Origin: Octopus vulgaris
Taxonomy: Eukaryota
Length of the DNA: 64,000 bases
Direction: 5' to 3'
Assembly (NCBI GenBank): GCA_951406725.2
Contig: OX597834.1
Span: 434,001 to 498,000 of the forward strand
Made by a program: the position numbers and the translations under genes. Positions 52,980 through 64,000 of the stretch are shown here, one piece after another (within the stretch, counting starts at the first letter, position 1; every line of letters starts with the position of its first letter). The notes below the pieces were generated by a model. It ran no database searches, had not been told where the DNA came from, and was given only the letters and a program-made list of their open reading frames with translations.

Positions 52980-53810
52980 CATTATCTCTCCCCATCTGAT
53001 TCTGTTGATGCGAGCGCTTCTTTGATGGGAAACACCCTGTCAATATGTACTGGTTGCAACAGGGAGATAAATGTGGTGGGAACCGGGGCCTTTAGTTCTG
53101 CAGCAGAGTAATTCGATTCAGAAAGTTTCAGAGAAGACCGTTTACAGTTCAAACAAAATTCCAACTCACATCAAGGTGCCGTTTACTTTCTACCTGTGCT
53201 AAGTTTTCTAGTGTTAGGGCTGAGGTTTTGCCAGAGGGGAGCATCAGTAACTTACTGAGCTCGGATGGGGTTTACATCTCCATCGCTCTCAGAGTTGATT
53301 CTAGAGGGTCTTCATGAACTGTCATGTCGATGAATGCGAATTAATTTGGTCACCAAAACAATACAAACTTGGTTATTAAACGATTCCTCATCAGGGCAAA
53401 TATTCCTTCAATTCTGGAGCCAATGAGATTGTCCGAAATGATGGGAAGACGTCCAACAGATTTACTCTTTACCTGAGAACTATTCTTTTACGTGACGTTA
53501 CAATTAACGAAGATTTCACTCCATTACGTACCCTGGGTGCCAAAGAGGAAGCGGCGTGGGTTTGCTGCGTCTGTAGCTGAACGGAATAAGATACGGAAAT
53601 ATTGAACTTTGTTGAAAGATTTTATTTTTCTGCCTGAGTCGTATAAAACATTCAACAGAAGCGGGGTCGCTAACACTGAAGGTTTTTAGTCAACTTTGGC
53701 GCTTCGTCTTGCCAAAGAATCAGGTGACACTTGTGAGAGTTTTGGGCTGTTCCGGCATCTTAGCCTCGCCATCACCCATAATGATGTGCTTTGGATTGCC
53801 TCAAAATATT
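52980..53810 (+). mobile_element. Decayed CRE-like RLE non-LTR retrotransposon, 3' end
   Basis: NLVIKRFLIRANIPSILEP..(NDG)RRP..DVT..FAASVAERNKIRKY*TLLKDFIFLP..RLAKESGDTCESFGLFRHLSLAI matches the 'IPSILEP.GLSR.DGKRPD / AE..K..KY / QRLSLAIQRGNA' pattern. 5' boundary uncertain. Confidence 0.75.
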
Positions 53811-54006
53811 TCAGTGCGGAACACCCTGGTTCCATATCAGAGGGGGGGTGTGTGCACATTTCACTTATCTGTTTATTTTGTGTATTTTTTTACTAATTTT
53901 GGCCGTTTGTGTTCATTTAGTAAATAATATTCTCGTATTAATCGATTATTCACATTCATAAGCATAATTATTACAGTGTGAGCACAGTTTATATATATAT
54001 ATATAA

Positions 54007-54039
<33 letters not shown>

Positions 54040-54147
54040 CCTGTGTGTATGCATATATGTGTATATACAAATATATCTGTGTGTGTGTGTGTATGCCTGT
54101 GTGTATGCATGTATGTGTATATACAAATATATCTGTGTGTGTGTGTG

Positions 54148-54429
54148 TATCGTCAGTAGTTCATGTATCAGAAACAGAAGAACAATCTAAAGCATTAGAG
54201 CAGGAATGTGTTTTTAGGAGGTTAAAAGTTCTGTCGGTAATAGAGTGGCATTGGTTTCGCGCCTATGAAGCGCTTTGCAGTATAGGCGACTCATGCGCCT
54301 TCAGCCATCTGAGACGCGAAACCAATGCCACTCTATTACCGGCCAGAACTTTTAACCTCCTAAAAACACATTCCTGCTCTAATGCTTTAGATTGTTCTTC
54401 TGTTTCTGATACATGAACTACTGACGATA
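54148..54429. repeat. Near-perfect foldback (~114-bp arms, ~53-nt spacer) in (TG)n/(CA)n
   Basis: 54148-54261 is the reverse complement of 54315-54429 except at one site. The minus-strand spacer reads CTGAAG-GCGC..GCGC-GAAAC (HHR-like). Confidence 0.95.
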
Positions 54430-54536
54430 CACACACACACACACACTCACACACTCACACACTCACTCGTATAAATCGGAACTATTGTGAGTGTCGGTAG
54501 AAAATAAATGATGGTAGACATAAAAGTCGAACTCAC

Positions 54537-54826
54537 CTCTGCTCCCGCCATTTTGTCAAATTAGAAGCAAATTGTTCAAATTTCTCCCTAAAAGTACGTT
54601 CATCTTTTTCTTCCTCTTCTTCGTCGCTGTCTCCATTTTGGTCCTTTCTCACACATTTATTTGCTTTAATATCCCTTTTCGTTTGTTTTTCTCCACTCTC
54701 TTCCGCGTCTTCGTCTTTCTTCTTCTTCTTCTTCCCTTCTTTCTCCAGTTCATATTCAGTGGCGATTTCCAGTAGCGTCTTTGGCTTCGCCTCCTTAGAT
54801 TCCGTATTGTTTGTAACAAAACTCAT
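54537..54826 (-). CDS. Probable first coding exon of an unidentified protein (K/E-rich N-terminus)
   Basis: ATG at 54826: MSFVTNNTESKEAKPKTLLEIATEYELEKEGKKKKKKDEDAEE...ERTFREKFEQFASNLTKWREQ. Non-repetitive, protein-like composition. Ends at a consensus donor AG|gtgagt (phase 2) exactly where the ORF would otherwise stop. Confidence 0.65.
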
Positions 54827-55577
54827 TGATAACAATATAGCTTATTTCAGCAGTTACTTCTCTCCCTCATGTATACTGCGCGTTAGTCGCAAACATATTA
54901 CTATCGATGTAGACATCTAGTTATGTAATATATATATTATATATTGACAACTTTTTTTTCCGTCTTACAAGGGTAATATATATATATAGGTGGCTTTTTC
55001 GTGAAACTGGAGCAGAACATAGGATCATTTAATTTAATTTGTTAAATAATTTTTGTCTGTCATGAATAATATATAAATTAAACGTTTACTTGTTTAGATC
55101 TACGTTAAAGAAAAAAGCGAGAGATGCCTGTTATATGGAATTGAAAAAATGAAATAAACCTTGTCTGGGTTGCAGTACTTCTCAGTAACTCCGAAGCAAC
55201 AGCTGTAAATGTAATTTGATCTAGCAGTTGAGACAAATTAATCAGACTGATCGAACACCTGTCACCAACTTTAATGAGGTTTTGGCTGCCATCTTGTTTA
55301 ATTTTGTATCCTTTTAGTATGATGTCAACTGATATTCCTCACTGGGCATTTTAAACCATTTTTATATAATTAAAACAACAAAATAAGTTGCTGTAACCAT
55401 CTTATTAATAATTCTGTTTTAATTAAGTTGATATTTCCATTTCTTTTGAATTTTTTCATTTGAACCGACCCCCCTCCCCCCACAAAAAAAGCAAAACAAA
55501 AAGCTAACCAATAACTGTTGATGTGAATGAGTGCTACATATTTTCTGTACGTGTGCTACAATGTCACATCTGTAAAA

Positions 55578-55810
55578 TAGTAATCCCTCGACTATCGCGG
55601 GTGTTACGTTCCACCCCCCCCCCCCCCCGTGATAGGTGAAAATCCGCGAAGTAGAAACAGTACTGTACTGCATATTTTCTTTTACTATTTTTATAATTTG
55701 TATATATTTATCTCTTATTATAAATGCAAAACAACAGAACGGAGGAATCGGCGTAAGCTGGAATGATAAACCGCGATAGGTGAACCGCGATGTGGCGCTG
55801 GATTACTGTA
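55578..55810. mobile_element. Tc1/mariner (pogo/Tigger-like) MITE
   Basis: Termini (T)AGTAATCCCTCGACTATCGCGG / CCGCGATGTGGCGCTGGATTACTG-TA; internal repeated CGCGATAGGTGAA. Confidence 0.7.
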
Positions 55811-56119
55811 TAACGAAACAAAGCCCATCCGTTGATGAGATTAGTCTGAAAATGGCTTCACATGGTTTTGCATTTGAAAAGAAAGCCATTGACGAGAACT
55901 ATTCCAATTTTGGTCAGCATTAGCAATCAAAGGCAACAACAATTAAGTTCTAAACCATATCTTGAGATTTTAGCTTATAAAGTTACGAGATCGGTTCCTT
56001 TCTTGTTGGACTCGTATATTTACAAACGGATTCCAAATTGGTAGAATTCAAATAAATTTTATTATGGATTTCTAATGTTGGAAAAGAGAAAAGCCATAAA
56101 TAATTTTTCGGGGTTTGGT

Positions 56120-56245
56120 TAGAAGCGGCGGGTGTGGCGTAGCGTGTGGTAGGCGGGCCGCACCGGGCAATCAATTTACATACGTAGAGTCAAAGGTATG
56201 TTCCGTTTAAATAATGGAGCAACCAATTTGGTTACCCAATAGGAC
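56120..56245. promoter_or_regulatory. Possible promoter-proximal GC-box/CCAAT cluster
   Basis: Unusually GC/CpG-rich patch (GCGGCGGGTGTGGCG, AGGCGGGCCG) and two CCAAT motifs ~1.3 kb upstream of the 54826 ATG. Motif presence only. Confidence 0.25.
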
Positions 56246-57439
56246 GGCCAAAACCCATGCTGCGTCAGTGAGTTGGGTACCGACAAATCAATTCCAGGAC
56301 ATGACTAGGTCTTTATCAATTCCAGAAGGAAGAAAAGCAAATGTGGTCTCTGTAGGATTTGAACTCAGAGCGTAAAAGGTTAAGTAAACATCACAAGGTT
56401 TTTTGTTGACGTTCTAACGATTCTGGTTAACGTGAAATAATGTTGATCATCTCGTAATATTCATTTAATTCCGGTTAATTTCAGATTCTCAGTATGACAC
56501 AGAAAAGAAAATATTTAAGACGCGGAGGCTTTTGGTCTCAAGTTTAAACTCGCTGAAATTGTGTGCTTTTGTGATGTACATTTGTTGGGGACAGGACTCA
56601 ACGCGAAACAAGCCTGCTATTTGTGACCGGCATGGATGCCTTCTCAAACTACAAGAAATCCGAAGGTTCTTTTAAAAGACGACGCCCGGCAGATAGTCAC
56701 CGTCCTTTCCTTGGCTGTCAGGAGCCCAGATCAGTGCACCTATTGTGTCACCATCTTACAGGCCCTGAGTAGCAGATTATTTTAGAGTGTTACTGCAGAT
56801 AGACTAACCTCGAATCCAGAGGGAGATATATCTCTCATGTTTGATGGATTGATTAGAAGCAAGGTAGCGTCCGTCCGTGACCTCTTTAAGAGACTCACAA
56901 GCTGAATATTTCTGAATGGTAACTTCCAGTTTAGCGTTTCTGTGAAATTCAGCTTTGACTTATGAATATGAGAGCAACACTTCAAGAAAATGATTCGCTA
57001 ACTAAACCTTGCACGAAGTTGTTACATTACCAATCAAAGGCAAACCTACCCGTGAACTTATTTCAAATGACATTTAAGAAGTTCTCTCCCTTGTCACTTT
57101 TGATAGCATTTTTCCTTAAGCCTAATGAATTTTCTTTTCATTATTACATTCCTATCGTTGCTGCTACGTAGCTTTAACATGCTAACTTACGTAACTTAAT
57201 GCGATGCTCGCGTGAACGAAACTTAGGAAAGTGGTCGATAATTCTACACAAGGGATAAGCTATGGAGTTGAATGTCTTTAAAAAATAGTGAAGGACCTCA
57301 TGTGATGAAGGGATTTCTTGGTTAATTATTGTACCAAGAGACTGTAATGAAAGACCCGAATAATTATTTAATAACGACAGCGTGGAAATATACTCTAAGC
57401 CAGCAATGAGTGTACAAAGGCCAAGTAATAACCGTTTAG

Positions 57440-58115
57440 AAGTAATGGCACAAAGTCAGTAATATTTGGTGGCGAGGGTGTGGAAGTAGGTCACATCAAC
57501 CCTTATAACTGACTAGCACTTTATTTTATCGACCCGGGGAGGGGATTAAACGCATGTCGACTTCCTGTATAGTTGAACCCAAAACATAAAGAGTCGGAAG
57601 AAATACTACAGAGCATTTTGTTCGATGCGTTAAAGTTTCTTCCAAATCATTACAAGTCCTGGTAATAATAGTTTCAATTGGTGGCAGAGGCCAGTAACTT
57701 CGGTGCGGAATGTGGGGGGCGGGGGCGATTACAAAGATTCCAGTATTCAACTGGTACTTATTTTATCGACCCCAAAAAGATAAAAGACAAAGTTGACCTC
57801 GAAGGAATTTGAACTCAAAACATAAAGACGGACGAAATGCCACTCGGCATTTTTTTCGGCATGCTATCGATTATGCCCATTATGAATAATGAATTAGTTG
57901 GCAAGCTGGCAGAATTGTTTACATGCCGGACAAACTGCTTAGCAGCATTTTGTCCGTCTTTCAGTTCTGACTTCAAATTCCGACGAGGTCGAATTTGCCT
58001 TCCGTCTTTTCGGGGTCGATAACATATGCACCTGCAGAGCACTGGGGTCGATGTAATGGACTTATCCCCAATTCCTCGAAATTGCTGGTCTTGTGGCAGA
58101 ATTTGAAACTAATTA
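57440..58115. mobile_element. Cluster of three SINE family A copies (-,-,+)
   Basis: 57440-57640(-), 57670-57860(-) and 57898-58115(+) all match 11075-11305. Confidence 0.8.
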
Positions 58116-58399
58116 TAAATAGTAATCTTGGTACAGTGGCATTCGGTAGATGAGAGAGAGTGAGAGAGAGAGGGAAATAGAGAGACAGAAGAAGAGAGAG
58201 ATTTGTCTGATTGATATGTTTTACCCATAAATGCTTCCACAGCGTTGTTGTTGCTATGTTACAAAGCTGGAACAAAATCCCTGCACCCAACTCCGAAATA
58301 TGTTTACTCAAAGAAAAAGTTCTTTATATGCATTGAACTGTCGAGACACGTATATTGTGTTCATTAATAAGGTCGGTGAAACAGTCCCGTCTTTTCTAT

Positions 58400-59330
58400 T
58401 CTTTCGACCGAGGTTTAAAGTAATTTAGGAAAACACGAAAAAACAAAAAGGAACGAATTTTTGATGAACTTACATAATTTCATAAAATCTATCAGCAACG
58501 TGAGAGAAAAAAAATCTGATTCATTTAGAGTTAAGATATTCCTTGTTTATGTTTTGGATAATTTGTAATGCTTGAAATTTCATGCTGAGCTGGCGTTCTT
58601 TTGAGAAGATTTCAACAACAAAAAAATGATTTAAAAGAGATGGAAGAAGAGTATTTTGGCAAAAATGCTAGGATTTATGGTTGGAACAAAGTCATGTCTT
58701 GTGTTGTTTATATATTTCTCTCAGATTTATTAGTTTGGCTTTGAGAACTTGAAAATGATTTTTAAGATGATGAACATTTTCATAATAAATATTTCGATAA
58801 CGTTGTTGCATTCCGTACACACGGTCAGATATATTCTGTAATCTTGTGGAGAAAGAGAACAAAATTGTTTGTACTTAAATGTGTCTAGAGATATTTCCTT
58901 TGGCCAATGTCTAAACTACTTGTACGGGAAAATTAGGCATTTTGCCACCAACGACTACAAAACGGAATTGTTGCTCTGTGAGGAATAATTTTTCCAATTG
59001 AAAGATTCTGAGAAGCTTAGAACAATGACGTCCAGCCCTGAGAAGAACATTTGATTTGTTAAATGTCATTTGGGTTTTGCCTGAATATTGTATGAATCGA
59101 TTCGAGTCGTGCAGTAAGTCCAGTTCTGGCCTTTACAACAAATAATGCTGACCTTACAAGTGCAGCTGGCTTATGTAAATCCAGTTGGCTTTTTTTATTT
59201 TTCTTCTTACAAAAGTGCAACTGGCTTCTATATCATACACAGCTGAGTTTCAGTGGTGCATATCACTTTCACACAAATAAATCTATTTGAATACCAATCC
59301 ATACTCATTCACAGGAATGCAGCAGAAGCC
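58400..59330 (+). mobile_element. Highly decayed hAT (Charlie/SPIN-like) transposase remnant
   Basis: CLYLNVSRDISFGQCLNYLYGKIRHF resembles the 'LLYHTEVRWLSRG.CL.RF' motif; the rest is badly broken. Confidence 0.3.
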
Positions 59331-60734
59331 AAATGCACTTTAAAAAGAGGGGGTAAGCGCGCGCGCACAGAAGAACATTTCTGTAGTTGTGCTATGTGAT
59401 TCAACCTGATGAACACGTGATTCATCAAACACCTAATTAAGGCAAATATATTTTAGGGGGGAAAAAAGGGACAGAAAACTTCTCTGAAAAAGGACAGGGA
59501 AAATTATCTTCAAGGATAAGAGAGGAAACCAAAGTAGAGGTCCTTTTTAAAATGTATGAAAAAGAGAAAATGGAGAGCAAGTGAGACAGGTTCACACAAG
59601 TGGAGGAAGAGAGCAAAGATGAAGATCGATGAATATGTTGGGCGTTGCGTAGATGAGAGTGGTAGAGGGTAGAGAGTGGCAAATAGTACCAACTTAGGGA
59701 GGACACCTTTGTCTTGCAGTGGGCAGATTCTATCTGAGGATGACGACAATTACTATAGTGAAGGTGATGATGATGATGACGACATAGATATATATTTCAA
59801 ATTCTTCCAGTAACCATACAAAGACAAAAATGAACCAGGAAGCGTCTACAATCGACAATTCTCAACCCTTCCTCAGCTTGAATTAAGTTTTTAGTTTTCA
59901 GGTATGATATATATTAATGCTTGTTTTGTAAATTCTAACTTCGTGGAGGTGAAATCTATCCGTCTTTGAGAGTCACTGTTCTATGTTTCTCCCCAAAATC
60001 CAAGATCTGGTCTGATTGCTTGTACCAGACTGGACTCCTCTAATGGTACACAATTATTAGACTTTTGGGGTTGAAGTAATCGGTGGCTGATTACCGTTGT
60101 CATCCTAGTGGACTCCACCAATGCCCTCGCCCTCACCCAAAGGTCAGGCGCTGGTGTTAACCTGGAACCACAATAATTTCTACATACCTAGAACAGAAAC
60201 GATATCTCCAACGGAATTCTTCACAATTTCTGTTTTAAACTTCTTTCGAAAGTCTTTGGCAGACACGGGGTGTTTGGGGATCGAAGACACTGGCCCAGTG
60301 TCCCGCGGGACGAAACCGAAATAGCAAAGCCATACGGAAATGTCTTAACTACATAGCCATGCTTTCTCCCTCTCTAATCAACACCATTCTCCCTCAATCC
60401 CCCCTCTCTCTCTCTTTCTCATTACCTGATGGAACTCAAGAGACTAATTCAATTATACATTAATCAATCTTCACACTAACAGAATTTATTAAAGTCTCCC
60501 GGAATCTCTCTTCTTCTCTAAACGCTGCACACTTACAGCGACACCGCTTATTTTCCATTCCACATTTTACAAGGACTTACTTTCTATGTATGTCAGTCAT
60601 TGTTCAGTTTTATTTCAAGATTTCTTGTCAATAGAGAAAGAGCTGGTTTCTAGCCCAGATTCAAGGCTCCTTCAATCGAATTTCAACATCAACAACAACG
60701 GTATGTATGTATGTATGTATGTATGTATGTATGT

Positions 60735-61250
60735 CATAGATCCGTCTGAGGCACATCTGATGGAAACGTTCCAGTTGTTTAAGGTGGTATCGATACGTGA
60801 CCCACGTCTCGCAGGCATAGAGAAGAGAAGGGAGCACACATGCCTTGTACACCTTTATCTTTGTCATTCTGCATATGTCTCGCCGACTCCAGAGGCGCTT
60901 TTCTAGCCTTCCGAAAGCAACACTTGCTTTCCTAATTCTATATGGAATTTCATCATCCAAATTGCTATATCAATTAATAGTGCTTCCCAGGTAGACAAAC
61001 TGATCAACTACATCAAGTTTTTTACCATACACATAGATATTTGGTACACTATACTGCTTACCAGTAGCAGGCTGATGCATGACAACAGTTTTCTTGAGAT
61101 TGACTGTCAATCCTAAGGCAGTGCAAGCATCAGAGAAGGCATTCAAAATGTGTTGCATATCAATCTCTGTGTGTGCTACTAGCTCACAATCATCTGCATA
61201 CAAAAGGTCTCTCATGATAGAGGTAAATACCTTTGTTTTTGCAGTGATCT
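60735..61250 (-). mobile_element. RTE/BovB-like LINE, inverted 5' segment (RT domains 5-thumb)
   Basis: RDLLYADDCELVAH..LGLTVNLKKTVVM..FVYLGSTI..RIRKASVAFGRL..TKIKVYKACVLPSLLYACETW..LERFHQMCLRRI. Confidence 0.95.
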
Positions 61251-62660
61251 TGAAATATTGGAAGGCTCTCGGTGTGAAAGCACAGAAGCTCTTGTGTTAA
61301 AGCAAAGGCTCAAATGGAGTGGTCATCTGGTCAGGATGAAGGATTCAAGGATGCCAAAACAACTTGTAGTGATCCTATAACGGCGCGCGCTCGCGCACCG
61401 TTCATTTGTATTTCGCGCGTGTTGGTGCCTTCACCAAGGCACAGAAAGGAAGGGCCCTCTCGCGCATGCGCGAAGCACCGGAAGAACCCTTTGCCAAGGC
61501 AGGGGGATCGTAGAACGTTTGACCACTAGCGGCAGTCAGCGGGGACTTGGGACCCAGCGATTGAAGGCGGCGGTCACGATATATTTTCTCTCCGGTTGAT
61601 AGCAGCAGTCGGCCGAATGCCTTTAACCAAATTGTTGCCGACCACATTCAACTTCCCTGTTCGACGCCATCTTGACCCCTTTCTGGTTTAGCGGCTGGAC
61701 ATTGTAAATATTACAATCGATTAACTTTCAGCCTTGCGCGCCCAGAACCAAGGACATCAGATAACACACTTATTGTTATTGTTACCAAGAAAGAGAATAA
61801 AGTAGTTATATGTATATTTTACGTCTGCGTCTTGTTGTTTCTGACGGGCAGAGATTCTGGATTGTTAAAGCAACGGCTAGTGAGTGATTTGCTTTCTTGT
61901 ACCCCGAAAGTACAAGACAAGATATTCACTCACACTAAGTTCGTTACAAACTCTTTTATGGAGAGTTAGCTAAAGGAGAATGACCTTCATATAAACCAAA
62001 GAAGAGGTATAAGGACTTATACCTCTGAAGGCTTCCTTAAGAGATGCTTGTATCTCTCCTGACACATGTGAAGGCATAGCTATTGATAGTAGCAGGTGGA
62101 GAAGGATTGTGTACGAGGAGACAACCACTTTTGAGAAATCTCGAGTTGCACATGAGAAAGTAAGGAGGGATGTCAGGAAGAGCATCGCTGTTACACTTCC
62201 AGAAGGGAAGGATCTTCCTTTGATGCTGACATGCAATGTCTGTGCAAGACCCTGTCTCAGTAAAGCTGGACTCAAGAGTCATCTTCGTAGTCATAAAGCG
62301 AGACAGATGAGTGACAACCTGGCCACTGGTGGTGGTGTAACACACCATACTAATCATATCTGTCGGGCATGTGGAAGAGAGAGCGTAATTCGGCAGGAAG
62401 ACTTAAACGACACGCAAAGGTACATGAAGCCCAGTTACAACTACAGCCGGCTTTTACCGGTGAAGGTTTTAGTTGCCAATTTTGTACAAGACATTGTAGA
62501 TCTTTAGCTGGGCTAAAAAGTCACATTCGATCACAGCACCAGTAACAGTTAAGCTTTGTGCAATGGCTATACTTGATAACGAGGGGGCAGCCATAATGTA
62601 TGTATGTATGTATGTATGTATGTATGTATGTATGTATGTATGTATGTATGTATGTATGTA
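61245..62660 (+). mobile_element. RTE/BovB-like LINE, 3' segment (interrupted by solo LTR), C2H2 finger, (TATG)n tail
   Basis: LEILEGSRCESTEALVLKQRLKWSGHLVRMKDSRMPKQL|FYGELAKG..KPKKRYKD..CNVCARPCLSKAGLKSHLRSH. The frame is restored when 61365-61952 is removed. Confidence 0.92.
61365..61948 (+). mobile_element. Solo LTR (584 bp), Gypsy-like
   Basis: TG...CA ends with imperfect IR TGTAGTGA/TCGTTACA, 4-bp TSD AACT (61361-64, 61949-52), AATAAA at ~61796; splits the LINE codons PKQL|FYGE. Confidence 0.9.
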
Positions 62661-62806
62661 TGTGTGCATGTATGTATGTATATATATATATGTGTTTGTA
62701 TGTAAAGTAAATTGCTTCTTCAGCAAAACAAGTGCATTTGTTTATCAAACTGCTTTAAAAAGCTTTGTAACTAATAATAGCATGGATTGACTGCTACCCA
62801 TACTAG

Positions 62807-62863
<57 letters not shown>

Positions 62864-62867
<4 letters not shown>

Positions 62868-63269
62868 CGCAGGAGTGGCTGTGTGGTAAGTAGCTTGTGT
62901 ACCAACCACATGGTTCCGGGTTCAGTCCCACTGCGTGGCACCTTGGGCAAGTGTCTTCTACTATAGCCTCGGGCCGACCAAAGCCTTGTGAGTGGATTTG
63001 GTAGACGGAAACTGAAAGAAGCCCGTCGTATATATGTATATATATATATGTGTGTGTGTGTGTTTGTGTGTCTGTGTTTGTCCCTCTAGCATTGCTTGAC
63101 AACCGATGCTGGTGTGTTTATGTCCCCGTTACTTAGCGGTTCGGCAAAAGAGACCGATAGAATAAGTACTGGGCTTACAGAAGAATAAGTCCCGGGGTCG
63201 AGTTGCTCGATTGAAGGCGGTGCTCCAGCATGGCCGCAGTCAAATGACTGAAACAAGTAAAAGAGTAAA

Positions 63270-63271
<2 letters not shown>
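62864..63271 (+). mobile_element. tRNA-derived SINE, family B; well-preserved full-length copy
   Basis: A-box-like TGGCTGTGTGGTAAG, B-box-like GGTTCAGTCCC, CORE-like CCTTGGGCAAGT, internal (TA)/(TG) tract, tail (GTAAAAGA)2; inserted in (TA)n. Confidence 0.9.
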
Positions 63272-63342
<71 letters not shown>

Positions 63343-63629
63343 ACATCCAGTGACACTACGTTTATTTGAAAATCTTATCTTTACAGTTTGGTCTAAAATG
63401 TACTTGAAATAGTTATCGTTGACTGAATCGTGTGCACACACGCACGTACACAAGTTCATGCATACACGTATACACATACATTTGCCCACATATACATTCA
63501 TACACATGCACACTCGAACATAACAGACTCATACCCAGAAGAAATAAGCCATCTACTCGCAAACAGATATCTTTTTCACAGATGGATGTATTATATCTGT
63601 ATACAAGCTCACGTAATTGCATACACACA

Positions 63630-63695
<66 letters not shown>

Positions 63696-63887
63696 CATAA
63701 ATAGCCTGTATAACGTTTATTTTTATGTCGTCAATAACATCATTTTCACAATTCAAAGATTTTCTCCAAAAGAATTCAGTTTAAAAAATCCGTTATTTTT
63801 GGACATTCAAAATACTTCGCATCTGTCTGTTGGAGAGGTTCTTTCGTGGAATCATAGAATATGCTGTTGTGATCAAATCATCATTAT

Positions 63888-63922
<35 letters not shown>

Positions 63923-63929
63923 CATCTAC

Positions 63930-63968
<39 letters not shown>

Positions 63969-64000
63969 TTTAAGTATATGCATCACACATACTCATATCG

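Noticed and set aside
54533-54835. Resemblance of 'FREKFEQFASN' to DEG/ENaC N-termini
   Set aside because: The diagnostic T-x-H-G motif is absent, so no gene symbol was assigned.
62864-62940. tRNA-like sequence
   Set aside because: Head of a multi-copy SINE; no complete cloverleaf.

Overview
Repeat-saturated, AT-rich animal genomic DNA. The SINE/LINE repertoire and dense (TA)n/(CA)n/(GA)n/(TATG)n/(GAT)n microsatellites suggest an octopus/coleoid cephalopod (inference). Most ORFs in the supplied track are microsatellite artefacts. Supportable content: (i) one probable first coding exon on the minus strand (54826-54537) plus several weak candidate downstream exons, so most of the window may be intronic; (ii) decayed retroelements: an RTE-clade LINE with a PHD finger inside its RT (several copies), a 5'-inverted RTE/BovB-like LINE interrupted by a solo LTR with a 4-bp TSD, fragments of R4-, Hero- and CRE-like RLE elements, an L1/Tx1-like ORF1, and two tRNA-derived SINE families; (iii) DNA transposon remnants (Tc1/mariner, MULE, hAT and pogo-like MITEs, Helitron-like). 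The most striking signal is a set of short, microsatellite-embedded, often palindromic elements carrying hammerhead-ribozyme (HHR) folds. These include a near-perfect palindrome encoding an HHR on each strand (9378-9509) and an HHR with a compensatory G3-C8 core variant (38103-38153). All calls are by eye; no searches or folding programs were run.
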